From: Schmidtea polychroa
Taxonomy: Eukaryota
Length of the DNA: 64,000 nucleotides
Direction: 5' to 3'
NCBI GenBank assembly: GCA_044892525.1
Contig: CM097885.1
Location: 53,074,001-53,138,000 of the forward strand
Made by a program: the position numbers and the translations under genes. Shown piece after piece: positions 1 through 11,174 of this stretch. The notes under the pieces are model-generated. The model made no database searches, was not told the origin of the DNA, and worked only from the letters and a program-made list of their open reading frames with translations. Numbering within the stretch: position 1 is the stretch's first letter; the number at the start of each line of letters is the position of its first letter.

Positions 1-143
1 AGGAAATAGAAAGGTATCTTGCACAAACGTTAGTATGTTAGGGATTTTAGGGAAAGTTTCTCTAATAAAGAAATAAAGAAATAACTGGAGAATTTTTCGT
101 TGCTAAGGAAATATACCCAGAAGTAATTGTAGGAATAGATTTA

Positions 144-2377
144 TTGAATTCTTTAAATATTAAGTTAGTTGAATTTTGTAATGAAAATGTCCTCAGTTTG
201 CAAGCAAAATTTGGTAATAATTTAAAAGTAAATAATAAAAATAAATTTTTGAATGAAATATTGAAAATAGAAAAATGCAATCCGATATATGAAATAGTTG
301 TTGAATTCTCAGATATTTTTATATATAATAAATGGGATATAGGCAAAACAGATATTTTAAAATACAGAATAGAAACTAATTGCAACCCAATACCAATTAA
401 GCCGCGGCGACAACCAATGCATTATGAAGAAAAACTAGAGGAAATTGTTAAAAATCTAGAGGGAAAATAAAATTATAGAGAAATGCGAATCACCTTGGAA
501 TTCACCAATAGAATGTGTGCCAAAAAAGGGAACTTCTGAAATTCGGATGTGTTTGGATTTTAGAATTTCAAATTCAAATACAGTTAGACGAGCTTTTACA
601 ATTCCCAATGTTAATGAAATGCTCGATTCTTTGTATGGGGCCAAATATTTTTCTTCGATCGACTTAGAAAATGCCTATTATCAAGTTGAATTGGATGAAG
701 CGAGTAAATTGAAAACCGCATTTTCTACAAGACAGGGCCAATTTTGTTTTAATAGGATGCCTTTTGGGATAGCTGCCGCACCATCAACATTTCAAAAATT
801 TATGACATTAATAATTGGAGATATGATGTGGAATGAAGCATTAGTCTATTTAGATGACATATTGATCTTTTCAAAAACTACTGAAGAACAAAATGAAAGA
901 ATAAATAAACTTTTCCTTAGAATTAGGAAATCGGAACTAAAAATTAACCCTGAGAAATGCAAGTTCTTAGTATCTGAATTAAAGTTTCTTGGATATATAA
1001 TTAATGAAAAAGGTATCAAAACAGATCATTCTAAGATTGAAACAATTAAAAATGTAAAGCAGCCTAATTGTGTGAAACATCTTAGGAGTTTTTTAGGATT
1101 GTGTAATTACTATAGAAAATTTTTTCGAAACTACTCAAAATAGCTAGGCCATTGGAATCTTTGATTGGAGGTAAAAACAAAAGTATTATTTGGACATCAC
1201 AATGTGAAAAAGCTTTTGACAAGTTAAAACATAGTTTGATCAGTGCACCATTACTATGACATCCGGATTTTAATAAAACGTTCATTTTAGATCCCGATGC
1301 TAGTTTTGATTGTATTGGCGCTGTTTTATCGCAGAGATGGCAATAATGAAGAAAAGATAATCGCATATGGGTCATAAAGTATGAATAAACATGAAATTGA
1401 GTACTGTATAACAAGGAATGAATTATTATCTATTTTCCATTTTACACAGCATTTTAAACATTATCTCTATGGGAAAGATTTTATTTTAAGAACTGATAAT
1501 AAGGTAATCACATTTATGCTAACTACTAAAAAACCAATTACCGCTCAGTTTCAAAATTGGATAAATTTTTTAAGTATTTTGGACTTGAAATTAGAACATC
1601 GCAAAGATGAGAAGCACAATAATGCCGTCGTACTATCACGACTGAATATAGAAAATTTCACACAATGTCAGATGAATCATATTGATACTAAAGCAGAAAA
1701 AAATTAAAACTAAAATTTTAGCAATGTCAATAGAAGATCAAACATTTAAATGGCAAAATAATTCTGAAGAAATAATGAAAATAAAAGAAAGCATCCAGAA
1801 CGGCAAAATTGAAGATTATTATGTGGACAATGGAATTATTATGACTCATAATAATAAAATATATATTCCTTCATATAGGAAAAACGATTTTATTCTAGAA
1901 ATCTATAAAAAATTGTGTCATTCAGGAATCAACAAAACTACAAATTACATAAAGAATTATTACAATTTCCAAGAAATGGATAAAAGTATCAAGAGAATTA
2001 TCACAACTTGTGAAATTTGCCAGAAACGTAAAACATTCACTTGGAAAACAAAAGAAGTTATTGAAAAATTAATTGCGCATGAACCATTTGAAAAAATATA
2101 TATTGATTTTTGTGGCCCCTTTAAAATGACACCATCTGTCAAAAGATATGTGATGGCTATAATAGATCATTTTAGTAAATATATAGTATTAAAAGCTGTA
2201 AGAACACAAGAAGAAAAGACATTAATATATAATGTGAAAAGTTCGTGGATATTGAAGTTTGGACCGCCAAAGGAAATTCATGTTGATAAAGGAAAATGTT
2301 TCGAATCCCAAGTTTTTAAAAATATGGCAGTAAAGTATCACTTGAAAATAGTTTATTCAAGCCCTTATCATCATTAA
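144..2377 (+). pseudogene. pol: Gypsy pol pseudogene (RT, RNase H, integrase fragments)
   Basis: ORFs 144-470, 517-1143, 1381-1707 and 1682-2377 are colinear pol pieces broken by stops and frameshifts. Confidence 0.9.
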
Positions 2378-2863
2378 TCTAATGGACAAATTGAAAGACA
2401 ATTTAGAACACTGAGACTGGATTTAATGCTGTCTGGAAGAGAAACAAGTTAAGATATGGGAAGAAGCATTGTCTCATATAGAATTTGCAATGAATTCAAC
2501 AATGCAGTCAAGAATAAAAGTTAGTCCTGTTGAAGTAATATATGGAAGGAAATTTTGCAAAGAGCCTTTTACTAAGAATTGATACTAAAGAATCAAAGAA
2601 GCATGAAATAGCATTGAATATTAAATCATTGAACCGTATAAATAATTATAATCAAGAAAATCGAAAATACATAGATCTTTCAGAGTCGGTGAATTGGTAC
2701 TTGTCAAGGAAGATATCAGAAACAAGCAAGATAACAAATATTGGGGACCTTTTGAAATAATGGAAAAATATAATAAAAATAGTTATTTATTAAGGATTGC
2801 TGATAATAAATGTATTACTAGAAATGTGGAATGTCTAAAGCCATTTAAAACGAGGTGATTTGA

Positions 2864-3096
2864 TGTAATTATAATAGGATATTTGATTTCCCTAACCTTT
2901 ACCCTTTATTATGTAATGCCTGCATGTGCGATTTATTATTTTTGATTGTCTGGGTCCTCAAATTATGTCACTGATTATTATTTCTCAAAAAGCTATTGCT
3001 GATTGTGTTGGTGTCGACACACGGGGTACTATAAATAGTACCACAATTTCTTAAATAAAGTTTTTTGGAATTTATCAATTATTCTTATTCTTTACA
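2864..3096 (+). repeat. Probable 3' LTR of the Gypsy element
   Basis: TGTAA...TTACA ends, purine-rich tract just upstream, internal TATAAATA (~3030) and AATAAA (~3054). The partner LTR is not in the window. Confidence 0.65.
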
Positions 3097-4824
3097 ACCG
3101 ATAATTTACTTTAATAATTAATATACTATCTGAATCCGTCAAAAATGACGGTCTGTTGTTGAGATATCATTTTTTTCAATCTAAATACATAATTATCTCA
3201 GCATAATAAAAATTGAAATTATAATTGCACAATTGTCAATTAATCAGTCTAAATTTGAATTTTCAAAATACGTTATTACAATTGCATTAAGATTTAGTAG
3301 TATAAAAATTTTAACTTTCATTAAAAACAATGCGTTATATTGATTGAATAATTCTCTAGGTATGTGAATTGTATTATAAGAAATTTATACTATGAAATCC
3401 ATAATAAATATTGTGTTATATTCGTTTTATTGAAAAACCAAATCTTAAAATCCATTTTTGATTAAGATATTTAGTTGTTTTCTCACATTTTTTTGTCATT
3501 ACTGACAGTGTAATGTGTCTGCTACAATGATGAATTGTTCTTACATGTTAGAATTTTAAAAGTCAAAAAGAATCGAGTGAAATCACTCGAATTGATTGTA
3601 AATCTTTCGAAAAACAGGATAAATTATAACTAGCGCCATCTCTAATGATTCTTTTGGTATAATAAATAAATTTTGCATAATATTTAAAGACTTTTGAAAA
3701 TCTAATTACTTTTAATAAACTTTAAAACAACCTGTCCATAGCGGAATTTTTAATAAAAATATAATTCAAATAAATAAATGGATAATCGATTTCCGCCGTG
3801 TTTATTAAATAAAATATTTCGACTTGAAAATTAAATTAAAAAAAATATTTAATTTTTCAATATTAAAATCTAACTAAATTTACAAATTTTAAACAAAAAT
3901 TTTAATATTGAAAAATTGAATTCTTTTGAGTTTAAAATTTGTATATATTTTTGAAAAACAAAAAATTAGAAAAGATTCAATTAGAGAGGAAGAGAGAGAT
4001 AGATTTGTTAAATTTCGTAATGAAGGGAAGCAGAATTATTTTAGGTCAAAATTTTTAATCTGATAAATACTGCCTACATATTTATTTGAATTATATTTTC
4101 ATTTTACTTCTAGCCGTTTGAATTCTATTCTAATTTATTATATACCTATGGACTTTGTCTCGTCTACTATGAAAACACATTTTTCCAAATTTACTTTTAA
4201 TCTTTCTTTCTTAATCTTATTAAATGTCTCCTCGATTTTTTCAAAATAATAAAATGTCATTAAGATATACAAATGCTTCCTGTTTTCTTTTCATTAAAAA
4301 ACGTCTTGCTGTATTTGGTATATGTTCGTAAATGGTGGAATTGTCATTTATTTTACTTTTTTATATTGCAGATATGAAGAAAATATAAAAATAAAAATTT
4401 TTTTTATTATTATTAATATTAAATTTTCTATAAAATTTGTTATTTAATGCAATTATTAATACCAAATTTTGCAAATTTATCTGGGAAAGAAAACACGAAA
4501 GCACGCAAATAAATTAATGACATTTGTCAAAACGATATTAATAAATTTGGACATTCCATGTGTAGGTTTAATATTGTTTGCCTAGCTTGTTCAATCTGAT
4601 TTCCTTCAACACATCTCAATAATTCGTACGATCATCTCTTGACAGGAATAAATCAAATCTATTTTTGTAAGTTTCACGAAAATTTTCAACTGAACAGATT
4701 TCAGAAAACTGTCAGCCAAAATGGGAAGGAAAAGAAACTTGTTAAAAATCAATAAATCGCACTTTGGTGCAAATCACAGAACGAAATATAATTGGGCAAA
4801 AATGAAATCACAATTATACAAATC

Positions 4825-5310
4825 ATGTATTCGAAAAAAGATACGAGAGTTGTACTATTGCCCTTAGATGGTTCGGATAATTCAGAGAGAGCCTTCGAAT
4901 GGTATATTGGTCAAATGCATCGCAAAGGTGATCTCGCGGTTTTGATAAATATCGTCGAGCCGGTTTATGCAACTCCACCAATGAATTCAGCTGACAATTC
5001 TGTTTTGTCAAATGACAGTGTTTCTCAACAAATGCAAGACATCATCGAAGATGGCAAGCAATTGACTCAACGATTTCTTCATTTGGCTAAGAATGCCAGT
5101 GTTGAGGCGAAAGCTTTCATTCATGTTGATCCAAAACCCGGCCCAGCGGTTGTGAAATGTGCAAAGGAACATAGAGCTGATGTAATTGTTGTCGGTAATC
5201 GTGGGGTTAGCAAGTTACATCGAACGTTTTTGGGTAGTGTCAGTGATTATATTCTTCAACATGCCCATTTGCCAATCGTAATAGTTCCCAAAGAAAAGAC
5301 TTTAGATTGA
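4825..5310 (+). CDS. Universal stress protein A (USP) family protein, intronless
   Basis: VLLPLDGSDNSERAFEWY N-terminus and VIVVGNRGVSKLHRTFLGSVSDYILQHAHLPIVIVP ATP-binding motif. First ATG at 4825; the ORF track starts at an upstream TTG. Confidence 0.93.
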   Translation: MYSKKDTRVVLLPLDGSDNSERAFEWYIGQMHRKGDLAVLINIVEPVYATPPMNSADNSVLSNDSVSQQMQDIIEDGKQLTQRFLHLAKNASVEAKAFIHVDPKPGPAVVKCAKEHRADVIVVGNRGVSKLHRTFLGSVSDYILQHAHLPIVIVPKEKTLD

Positions 5311-5540
5311 CGTTAATAAAGATTTGGATTTCAATTTATTTCAAAGCATGACTGTTACAGCAGAACTGACACGTATCAATTTTATTCTATCGTAAAGTTG
5401 TTATGAGAAAATTAAATTTATAATTAGATTTTAAGAAATACTTTAAAAGACTATAAAGTTTGCAAATATAAATTTTTAACTTGTTTTAAATTTTTGAATT
5501 TATATGAAAAAGATTTTTTATAAGAAAGATTTCTAATTTT

Positions 5541-5571
5541 ATATTATTATTATAATTATTATTATTATAAA

Positions 5572-5659
<88 letters not shown>

Positions 5660-5676
5660 ATTATTATTATTATAAA

Positions 5677-5763
<87 letters not shown>
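5541..5763. repeat. (ATT)n microsatellite
   Basis: About 220 nt of near-perfect ATT repeats. Confidence 0.98.
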
Positions 5764-5764
<1 letters not shown>

Positions 5765-6429
5765 AACCATGGTTTCATGGTATCGGTAAAAATTGTAGAT
5801 TAAAAAATTTATAAACGATAAAATAAGTCCTTCGTAGAATTTTTAGATTTTGTTGGGATATTATAATGATAAATATAAATTTAAATGTTAAATTAAAACC
5901 ATAATTTCCAAATTCTTTACAAAGTCACAATATTGGGGTAAATTCTAAATGGGTATCACTCTAAAAAGTCAAAACACAATCTGGTTAGTCACTCTTTTCT
6001 TTATTACTCTGCTAAGTTTAATTTTTTTCTCTTCGACCAGCTCTCGGTTTCTGTTTATTGGCCATTATTCTTTCCCTCATCTGATTGAAGAATAATCTTA
6101 ATTACCGAAAACTCATTGATCTGACAATCAGCTGGGTATGCGTTGATTAATGACTTTGGTTGAAACTTAATTACTTAATTAATTAATTTGTTTTTGAGCT
6201 CCCAACCCTTCTATAGACCTCTAATCGATAAATAAAATTATTCATAAATATAATTAAAATCATAGAAAAAGATTCAAAAAATTCATATATTTAAAAAACT
6301 CACTGATCAACACATTTTTGCATAAAAATAAGTTTGAGATGTTCATTTTAACATTTAATAATTAAAATTGCTATACTTGATTACTTTTAATTAATTATGA
6401 AGTAAATTCTTGTCTTGTTAAGGCTTTTT

Positions 6430-6790
6430 CAACAAATCTTTTCATATTTCCAAAGCAACCCTCAAAATCAACCATTTCATCATTTAAAATATATGTAATT
6501 TTTAGTTTAATCTCAAGTCTTGAAACAGTACTATTCATAAAAGCGGAAAGTTAAGATTTGAAAAAACTAAAATATTCATCAATATGATTTAATTGAGGTG
6601 AATAAGGAGTTGTAAATTTATATCCTATTCTCTTTTCTTCTTATACGTGTATCATATCTCTACGATGAAGAAACCTCTTTTTATGAATAATTTTAATTAG
6701 ATAAATATCTACGTTGGTGTGTCTGTTTCCACTTCTGTAAAACAATTAGATAAACAACATTCAACGTATATTTGTAATCAAATTCGTACT
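6430..6790 (-). pseudogene. Decayed IS630/Tc1-type transposase, 3' part (host of the Maverick insertion)
   Basis: Minus strand near 6570-6620 translates KFTTPYSPQLNHIDEYFS, the PYSPxLNPIE motif. Confidence 0.65.
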
Positions 6791-6796
6791 AACCAC

Positions 6797-8023
6797 AGTA
6801 GTATGATGTGTCCCCTCCAGACCATGTCCCCTCCAGACCACATATACCCCCTCCCCCCCCCCCGGTCTGAAAAATTTTATTTTTTTTTTAGAACGATGCC
6901 TAATATTTTTAGAACTATTACGTAATCAATGCCTAATATTTTTAGAACGATGCCTAATATTTTTAGAACTATTACGTAATTTTTTTTTAAATTAATTGGT
7001 CCAGCGGTGACCTACTTTTTTTCTTCCCAAAAGTAATGTTCCCGCCAACAAATTTAATTGAACGATACCTCATCTTAAAGCTCAGTCCAAGACCTTTCGA
7101 ATGAGCTATAGGTATCTTATATATCTTTAATAGTTTTAATGTTATTAACAATTGATGACCACCATCTTTTCAACGTTAAATTATTATTATTATTCAAAAT
7201 ATTATTAATTGGTCCAGCGGTGACCTACTTTTTTTCATCCCAAAAATTGTTGTTCCCACCAACATATTATATTGATCGATAGCTTATTTTAAAACTCAGT
7301 CCAAGAACTTTCTAATGAGATATAGATTTTTATCATACGATGACTCATCACATTTTTAGAACAAAGACAATGACTCATCACATTTTTAGAACGATGCCTA
7401 ATATTTTTAGAACGATGCCAAATACTTTTAGAATGATTACATAATATTTTTAGAACGATGCCTCTTAATTTTATCATACGATGACTCATCACATTTTTAG
7501 AACAAAGACAATGACTCATCATATTTTTAGAACGATGCCAAATATTTTTAGAACGATTACGTCATACTTTTAGAACGATGTCTAATATTTTTAGAACGAT
7601 GCCTCTTATTTTTAGAACTATTACGTAATCGATGTCTAATATTTTTAGAACGATGCCAAATATTTTTAGAACGATGCCAAATATTTTTAGAACGATGCCT
7701 AATATTTTTAGAGCGATTACGTAATACTTTTAGAACGATGCCTAATATTTTTAGAACGATGCCTAATATTTTTAGAACGATTACGTCATACTTTTAGAAC
7801 GATGCCTAATATTTTTAGAACGATGCCAAATATTTTTAGAATGATTACATCATACTTTTAGAACGATGTCTAATATTTTTAGAATTAATAATTTTGTTTT
7901 AATTATCGATGATTATATAATTTTGTTTAAATCATTGATTATATAATTCTATTGTTTTAATTATAGAATACGTAATAATATAATTTTGTTTAAATCGTTG
8001 ATTACATATTATTATTTTCTAAG

Positions 8024-8080
<57 letters not shown>

Positions 8081-8183
8081 CATATATACACCGAGTCTAT
8101 CCGACAAGATATTCTGTCCCCATATGGGTACTGCACACAAATGTACTACTCACACTCAACAAGTCACAAGGGTACTGTTCACA
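6797..8183 (+). repeat. Left terminal inverted repeat of the Maverick
   Basis: Reverse complement of 19898-21133; contains a C-tract, tandem ~21-nt TTTTAGAACGATGCCTAATAT units and an (ATT)n tract. Confidence 0.93.
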
Positions 8184-8249
8184 AAGTTACTGGTAAAAAT
8201 ATTCAAGACAAAACTTTCTAAATTCTAAATATTATTCTTTAAATATACA

Positions 8250-8608
8250 CTAAAATTTATTAACACATTCACATTCATCATCTCCACAGTTCATAAAATT
8301 TTCAACAACATGATCTATACAATCCCTATATACACACGGTTCAGTATCCGTAAATTCCTCCATAGGTTCATCAATTTCTTGAATGTTTTCCTCATCATCT
8401 TGAGTGTTTTCTTCATCTGTTTCATCAAATTCCGAATCTTCACTCTCTGCTACCCAGTCTATATTTAATGCGTTTGTAACAGATAATATATCCGCCTTTT
8501 TCACACCAGATATTTCTGCTAATTTTTCCAATAAAAAGTTTATTATAAATTCTAAATATTAAATAATTCGATAATTAACTAATCATATTAACCTTTTTCT
8601 GTAGTCAT
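8250..8608 (-). CDS. Acidic hypothetical Maverick protein, two exons (8608-8593, 8551-8250)
   Basis: ATG at 8608; removing a 41-nt GT..AG intron (8592-8552) gives MTTEKEFIINFLLEKLAEISG.. in frame with ORF 8250-8531. D/E-rich middle and Cys-rich tail. Confidence 0.65.
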
Positions 8609-8704
8609 TATTAGTATTTTAAAACTATAGTATATATTTGTTTATAGAAAATATAGAATATAAGCGAAAACAAATATGACTAAATACATTTATTAAATAC
8701 AACA

Positions 8705-9124
8705 TTAAAATAACTGTGAAAGTCTAGCAGACATAATTTTCCAAATTGGAGAATACACATCATTATTATCAACTTTATATCCTTGGATTGTAATTGTTAT
8801 ATACCAATTTTCGTTTTCTTTGAAACTGATTTCATCAAAGGAATCATAAAATTTTGCATATCGGTTGTTGAAAAATGCATTTTGATTGCATGATAGATTT
8901 GTATTCAACCTTTTGAAAACATCATCTATGGTTTTAATATCTAACATTGAAAGCGTGCCGGTTAAGAATTGAAATTGGGTAGGAATTAGCTTGATCGGTG
9001 ACACCAATTTCATATTGATTTCTTCTTTTAAAAAATACATTTTGTAGTTGTGGAACATTTGAACAGGTTGTACAAGTTCTGGAACTACTTTTGGTTTTTC
9101 AGTGCTTGAAATTTTCTTGGTCAT
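8705..9124 (-). CDS. Hypothetical 139-aa Maverick protein (possible OB-fold ssDNA-binding protein)
   Basis: Intact ATG-to-stop ORF with upstream TATAAAAA and downstream AATAAA on the minus strand. Function is a guess from the beta-rich C-terminus. Confidence 0.6.
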   Translation of the reverse strand: MTKKISSTEKPKVVPELVQPVQMFHNYKMYFLKEEINMKLVSPIKLIPTQFQFLTGTLSMLDIKTIDDVFKRLNTNLSCNQNAFFNNRYAKFYDSFDEISFKENENWYITITIQGYKVDNNDVYSPIWKIMSARLSQLF

Positions 9125-9232
9125 TGTGAATTATGATTAAAATGAAATGGTACAGGGTTTTTATACCTATGACTATTGTTTATCATCCAATCAGATTGCA
9201 GTATGTTTTTGTTTTAATTGAATGATAAATAA

Positions 9233-9697
9233 TTAATTAAGTGATAATAAAAAATCTAAAAATTCTTTTCCTTCAATTATTGATTTAATTTCAGATATGA
9301 TATTATCAACTATACATTTGTAATCAATATTTTTTATTCCAAGAATTACTATCTTACCGCTAGCGAATATATTTACACACATAGGGTTATATTTTATATA
9401 TCTCAAAGCTGGAAATAATTCTGGTTCATAAAAGCATGGTATTAATTTAGCTAATTTATTTAAATTACAAGAAAAACCTATATCGGAAGTTACGGTTATC
9501 GATTGTATTTCTAAATCATAAACATTATATTCACTAGCTTTGATTATTTCCTTACACCCCATAATTCTACATTTACCAGTTTTGAAATATATTATTGGAT
9601 ATTTATTACTTCTATTGATAAGTTGTTGTGGTTTCCCTATTGGAAATACCATTTTTGATACATCAGTTTTTGCCCTGTAATTTATATTTGAAAGCAT
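9233..9697 (-). CDS. TATA-box-binding protein (TBP)-like protein encoded by the Maverick
   Basis: Two TBP repeats: IIYFKTGKCRIMGC and IQSITVTSDIGFSCNLNKLA..YEPELFPAL..VNIFASGKIVILG. Confidence 0.92.
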   Translation of the reverse strand: MLSNINYRAKTDVSKMVFPIGKPQQLINRSNKYPIIYFKTGKCRIMGCKEIIKASEYNVYDLEIQSITVTSDIGFSCNLNKLAKLIPCFYEPELFPALRYIKYNPMCVNIFASGKIVILGIKNIDYKCIVDNIISEIKSIIEGKEFLDFLLSLN

Positions 9698-9801
9698 TTT
9701 AATGAAATAATTTTAAAAACTTTGATATATATAGGTATTTAAAAACAGAGTTCATTTAAATTATCAATATAAACAATAATTATATAGTTTAAATTTAAAA
9801 A

Positions 9802-10440
9802 ATGGAATTACGAAATGATGCAGTATACCAAATCGTTGGTCCAAGTGGTAGCGGGAAAACTTTATTTGTTTGTAAATTACTAAAATCAAATTTGTTTAAA
9901 ACAAAATTCAACAATATTTATTGGCATAGGGGCGCCGACGAAGAACACGGATTGACGCAATCAAGTTTCTGTCAGTTGAAAAACATGAAAATAGTAAAGG
10001 GCTTTGATAAAAACTGGTCAAGTCGTTTGAAGAAAGATGATGTCATCATTATCGATGATTTGTATCAAGAAGCTAATAAAGAAAAGGACTTTAATAATTT
10101 ATTCACAAAAATCAGCAGACATGTTGGTGTAACAGTTATTTTCATAACACAAAATCTATTTCATCAAGGTGGTGCACATCGAACACGTAATTTAAATGTA
10201 CAATATTTAGTTATTTTCAAGAATCCTAGAGATGCAACTGTCATTGATTTTCTTGGACGACAAGCATACCCTAATAACCGTAATTTTCTTATCAATGCAT
10301 TTCAAGATGCTACGAAAATACCGCATGGGTATATATTTCTCGATTTCACACAACAATGCCCTGATGATATACGGGTAAAAACAGATATTTTCAACCCAAA
10401 AGGTGCCATGGTATATAAACAAAGTTCAAAACAAAGTTGA
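9802..10440 (+). CDS. A32/FtsK-like DNA packaging ATPase
   Basis: Walker A GPSGSGKT, Walker B IIIDDL, FTKISRH, FITQNLF, RTRNLN and FKNPRD motifs typical of Polinton ATPases. Confidence 0.95.
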   Translation: MELRNDAVYQIVGPSGSGKTLFVCKLLKSNLFKTKFNNIYWHRGADEEHGLTQSSFCQLKNMKIVKGFDKNWSSRLKKDDVIIIDDLYQEANKEKDFNNLFTKISRHVGVTVIFITQNLFHQGGAHRTRNLNVQYLVIFKNPRDATVIDFLGRQAYPNNRNFLINAFQDATKIPHGYIFLDFTQQCPDDIRVKTDIFNPKGAMVYKQSSKQS

Positions 10441-10453
10441 AAACATATAAATC

Positions 10454-10943
10454 ATGTTTTCAAAAACAAGGATATCGGGTAAAAAACAACCAAAAGTTCC
10501 ACCAACAACTAGTTATACTCCATCTAAAGAACTTATTACAGAAAATTTTCCTGCAATGAATCTTATTTCGAAAAAATCCTAAACCAAAAAGTAAAACCAC
10601 TAAGAAAGTAAAAGTTGTTAAAAATCATCGGAGTTTCCCGTTTTTCAATACATTGTTAAAGGCACCAAGTATGAAAAGAAACAGTATTTTGCAATCTTTT
10701 CCAAATTATGTTGTCGATGATTTACTCGATATTATACTTAAAGTAGTCAAAGGCAAGATTAAAATCAGTAAATCTAAAAAGCAATTATTGAGTAAACATA
10801 GGAAACCTTTGCTATCATTAGTAAATAATAAAAATCGTCAACAAATGAGAAAAATTATATATAAACAACAAGGGGGATTTATCGGTGCATTGATACCTTT
10901 AGCAATATCATTATTAGGTGGAATAATAGGAAGTCGATCATAA
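10454..10943 (+). CDS. Basic Maverick virion-core-like protein; apparent 1-nt frameshift near 10571-10576
   Basis: ORF 10653-10943 is K-rich and ends QQGGFIGALIPLAISLLGG, a glycine-pair cleavage-like site plus hydrophobic tail. It has no ATG start of its own at 10653; the ATG at 10454 joins it if one A of an A6 run is skipped. Confidence 0.65.
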
Positions 10944-10946
10944 ACA

Positions 10947-11174
10947 ATGGGTGCTAATCCTTCATTACCAGACATTAAATTTAATATTAAATCTTCTTGT
11001 TGTAATGGAGAAGATTTGGACGAACCCGGAAGACGAAGCCGGTTTTGGTGGAGTGGCAAAATTAAACAAAAGAGTTCCGAATTCGAAAAAGGAAACTCAG
11101 AAGTGGTTATCAGACCAGCTTGCCTACAGTTTGAACAAACCAATGCGGAAACGATTCCCAACAAGAGCATATAA
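10947..11174 (+). CDS. Small putative myristoylated protein overlapping the integrase 5' end
   Basis: MGANPS (MGxxxS) start and SSCC motif; begins 4 nt after the previous stop codon. Confidence 0.45.
   Translation: MGANPSLPDIKFNIKSSCCNGEDLDEPGRRSRFWWSGKIKQKSSEFEKGNSEVVIRPACLQFEQTNAETIPNKSI

Larger units (their letters stand above)
1..3096 (+). mobile_element. Decayed Ty3/Gypsy LTR retrotransposon (5' part outside the window)
   Basis: Protease tail-RT-RNase H-integrase order; RT motifs RMCLDFR and YLDDILI (517-1143); RNase H (1381-1707); integrase with zinc-binding H..C-x2-C residues and IDFCGP (1682-2377). Frameshifts and stops separate the pieces. Confidence 0.93.

Noticed and set aside
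5486..5778. Poly-Asn and poly-Ile ORFs (also 7986-8228, 19320-19502, 19638-20110, 43886-44125)
   Set aside because: Translations of (ATT)n or (TA)n microsatellites.
7289..7522. ORFs within the TIRs (also 6719-6925, 20351-20593)
   Set aside because: Repeat-derived translations with no protein features.
6885..7885. CRISPR-like appearance of the repeated ~21-nt units
   Set aside because: No unique spacers, no cas genes, eukaryotic context; these are tandem TIR subrepeats.
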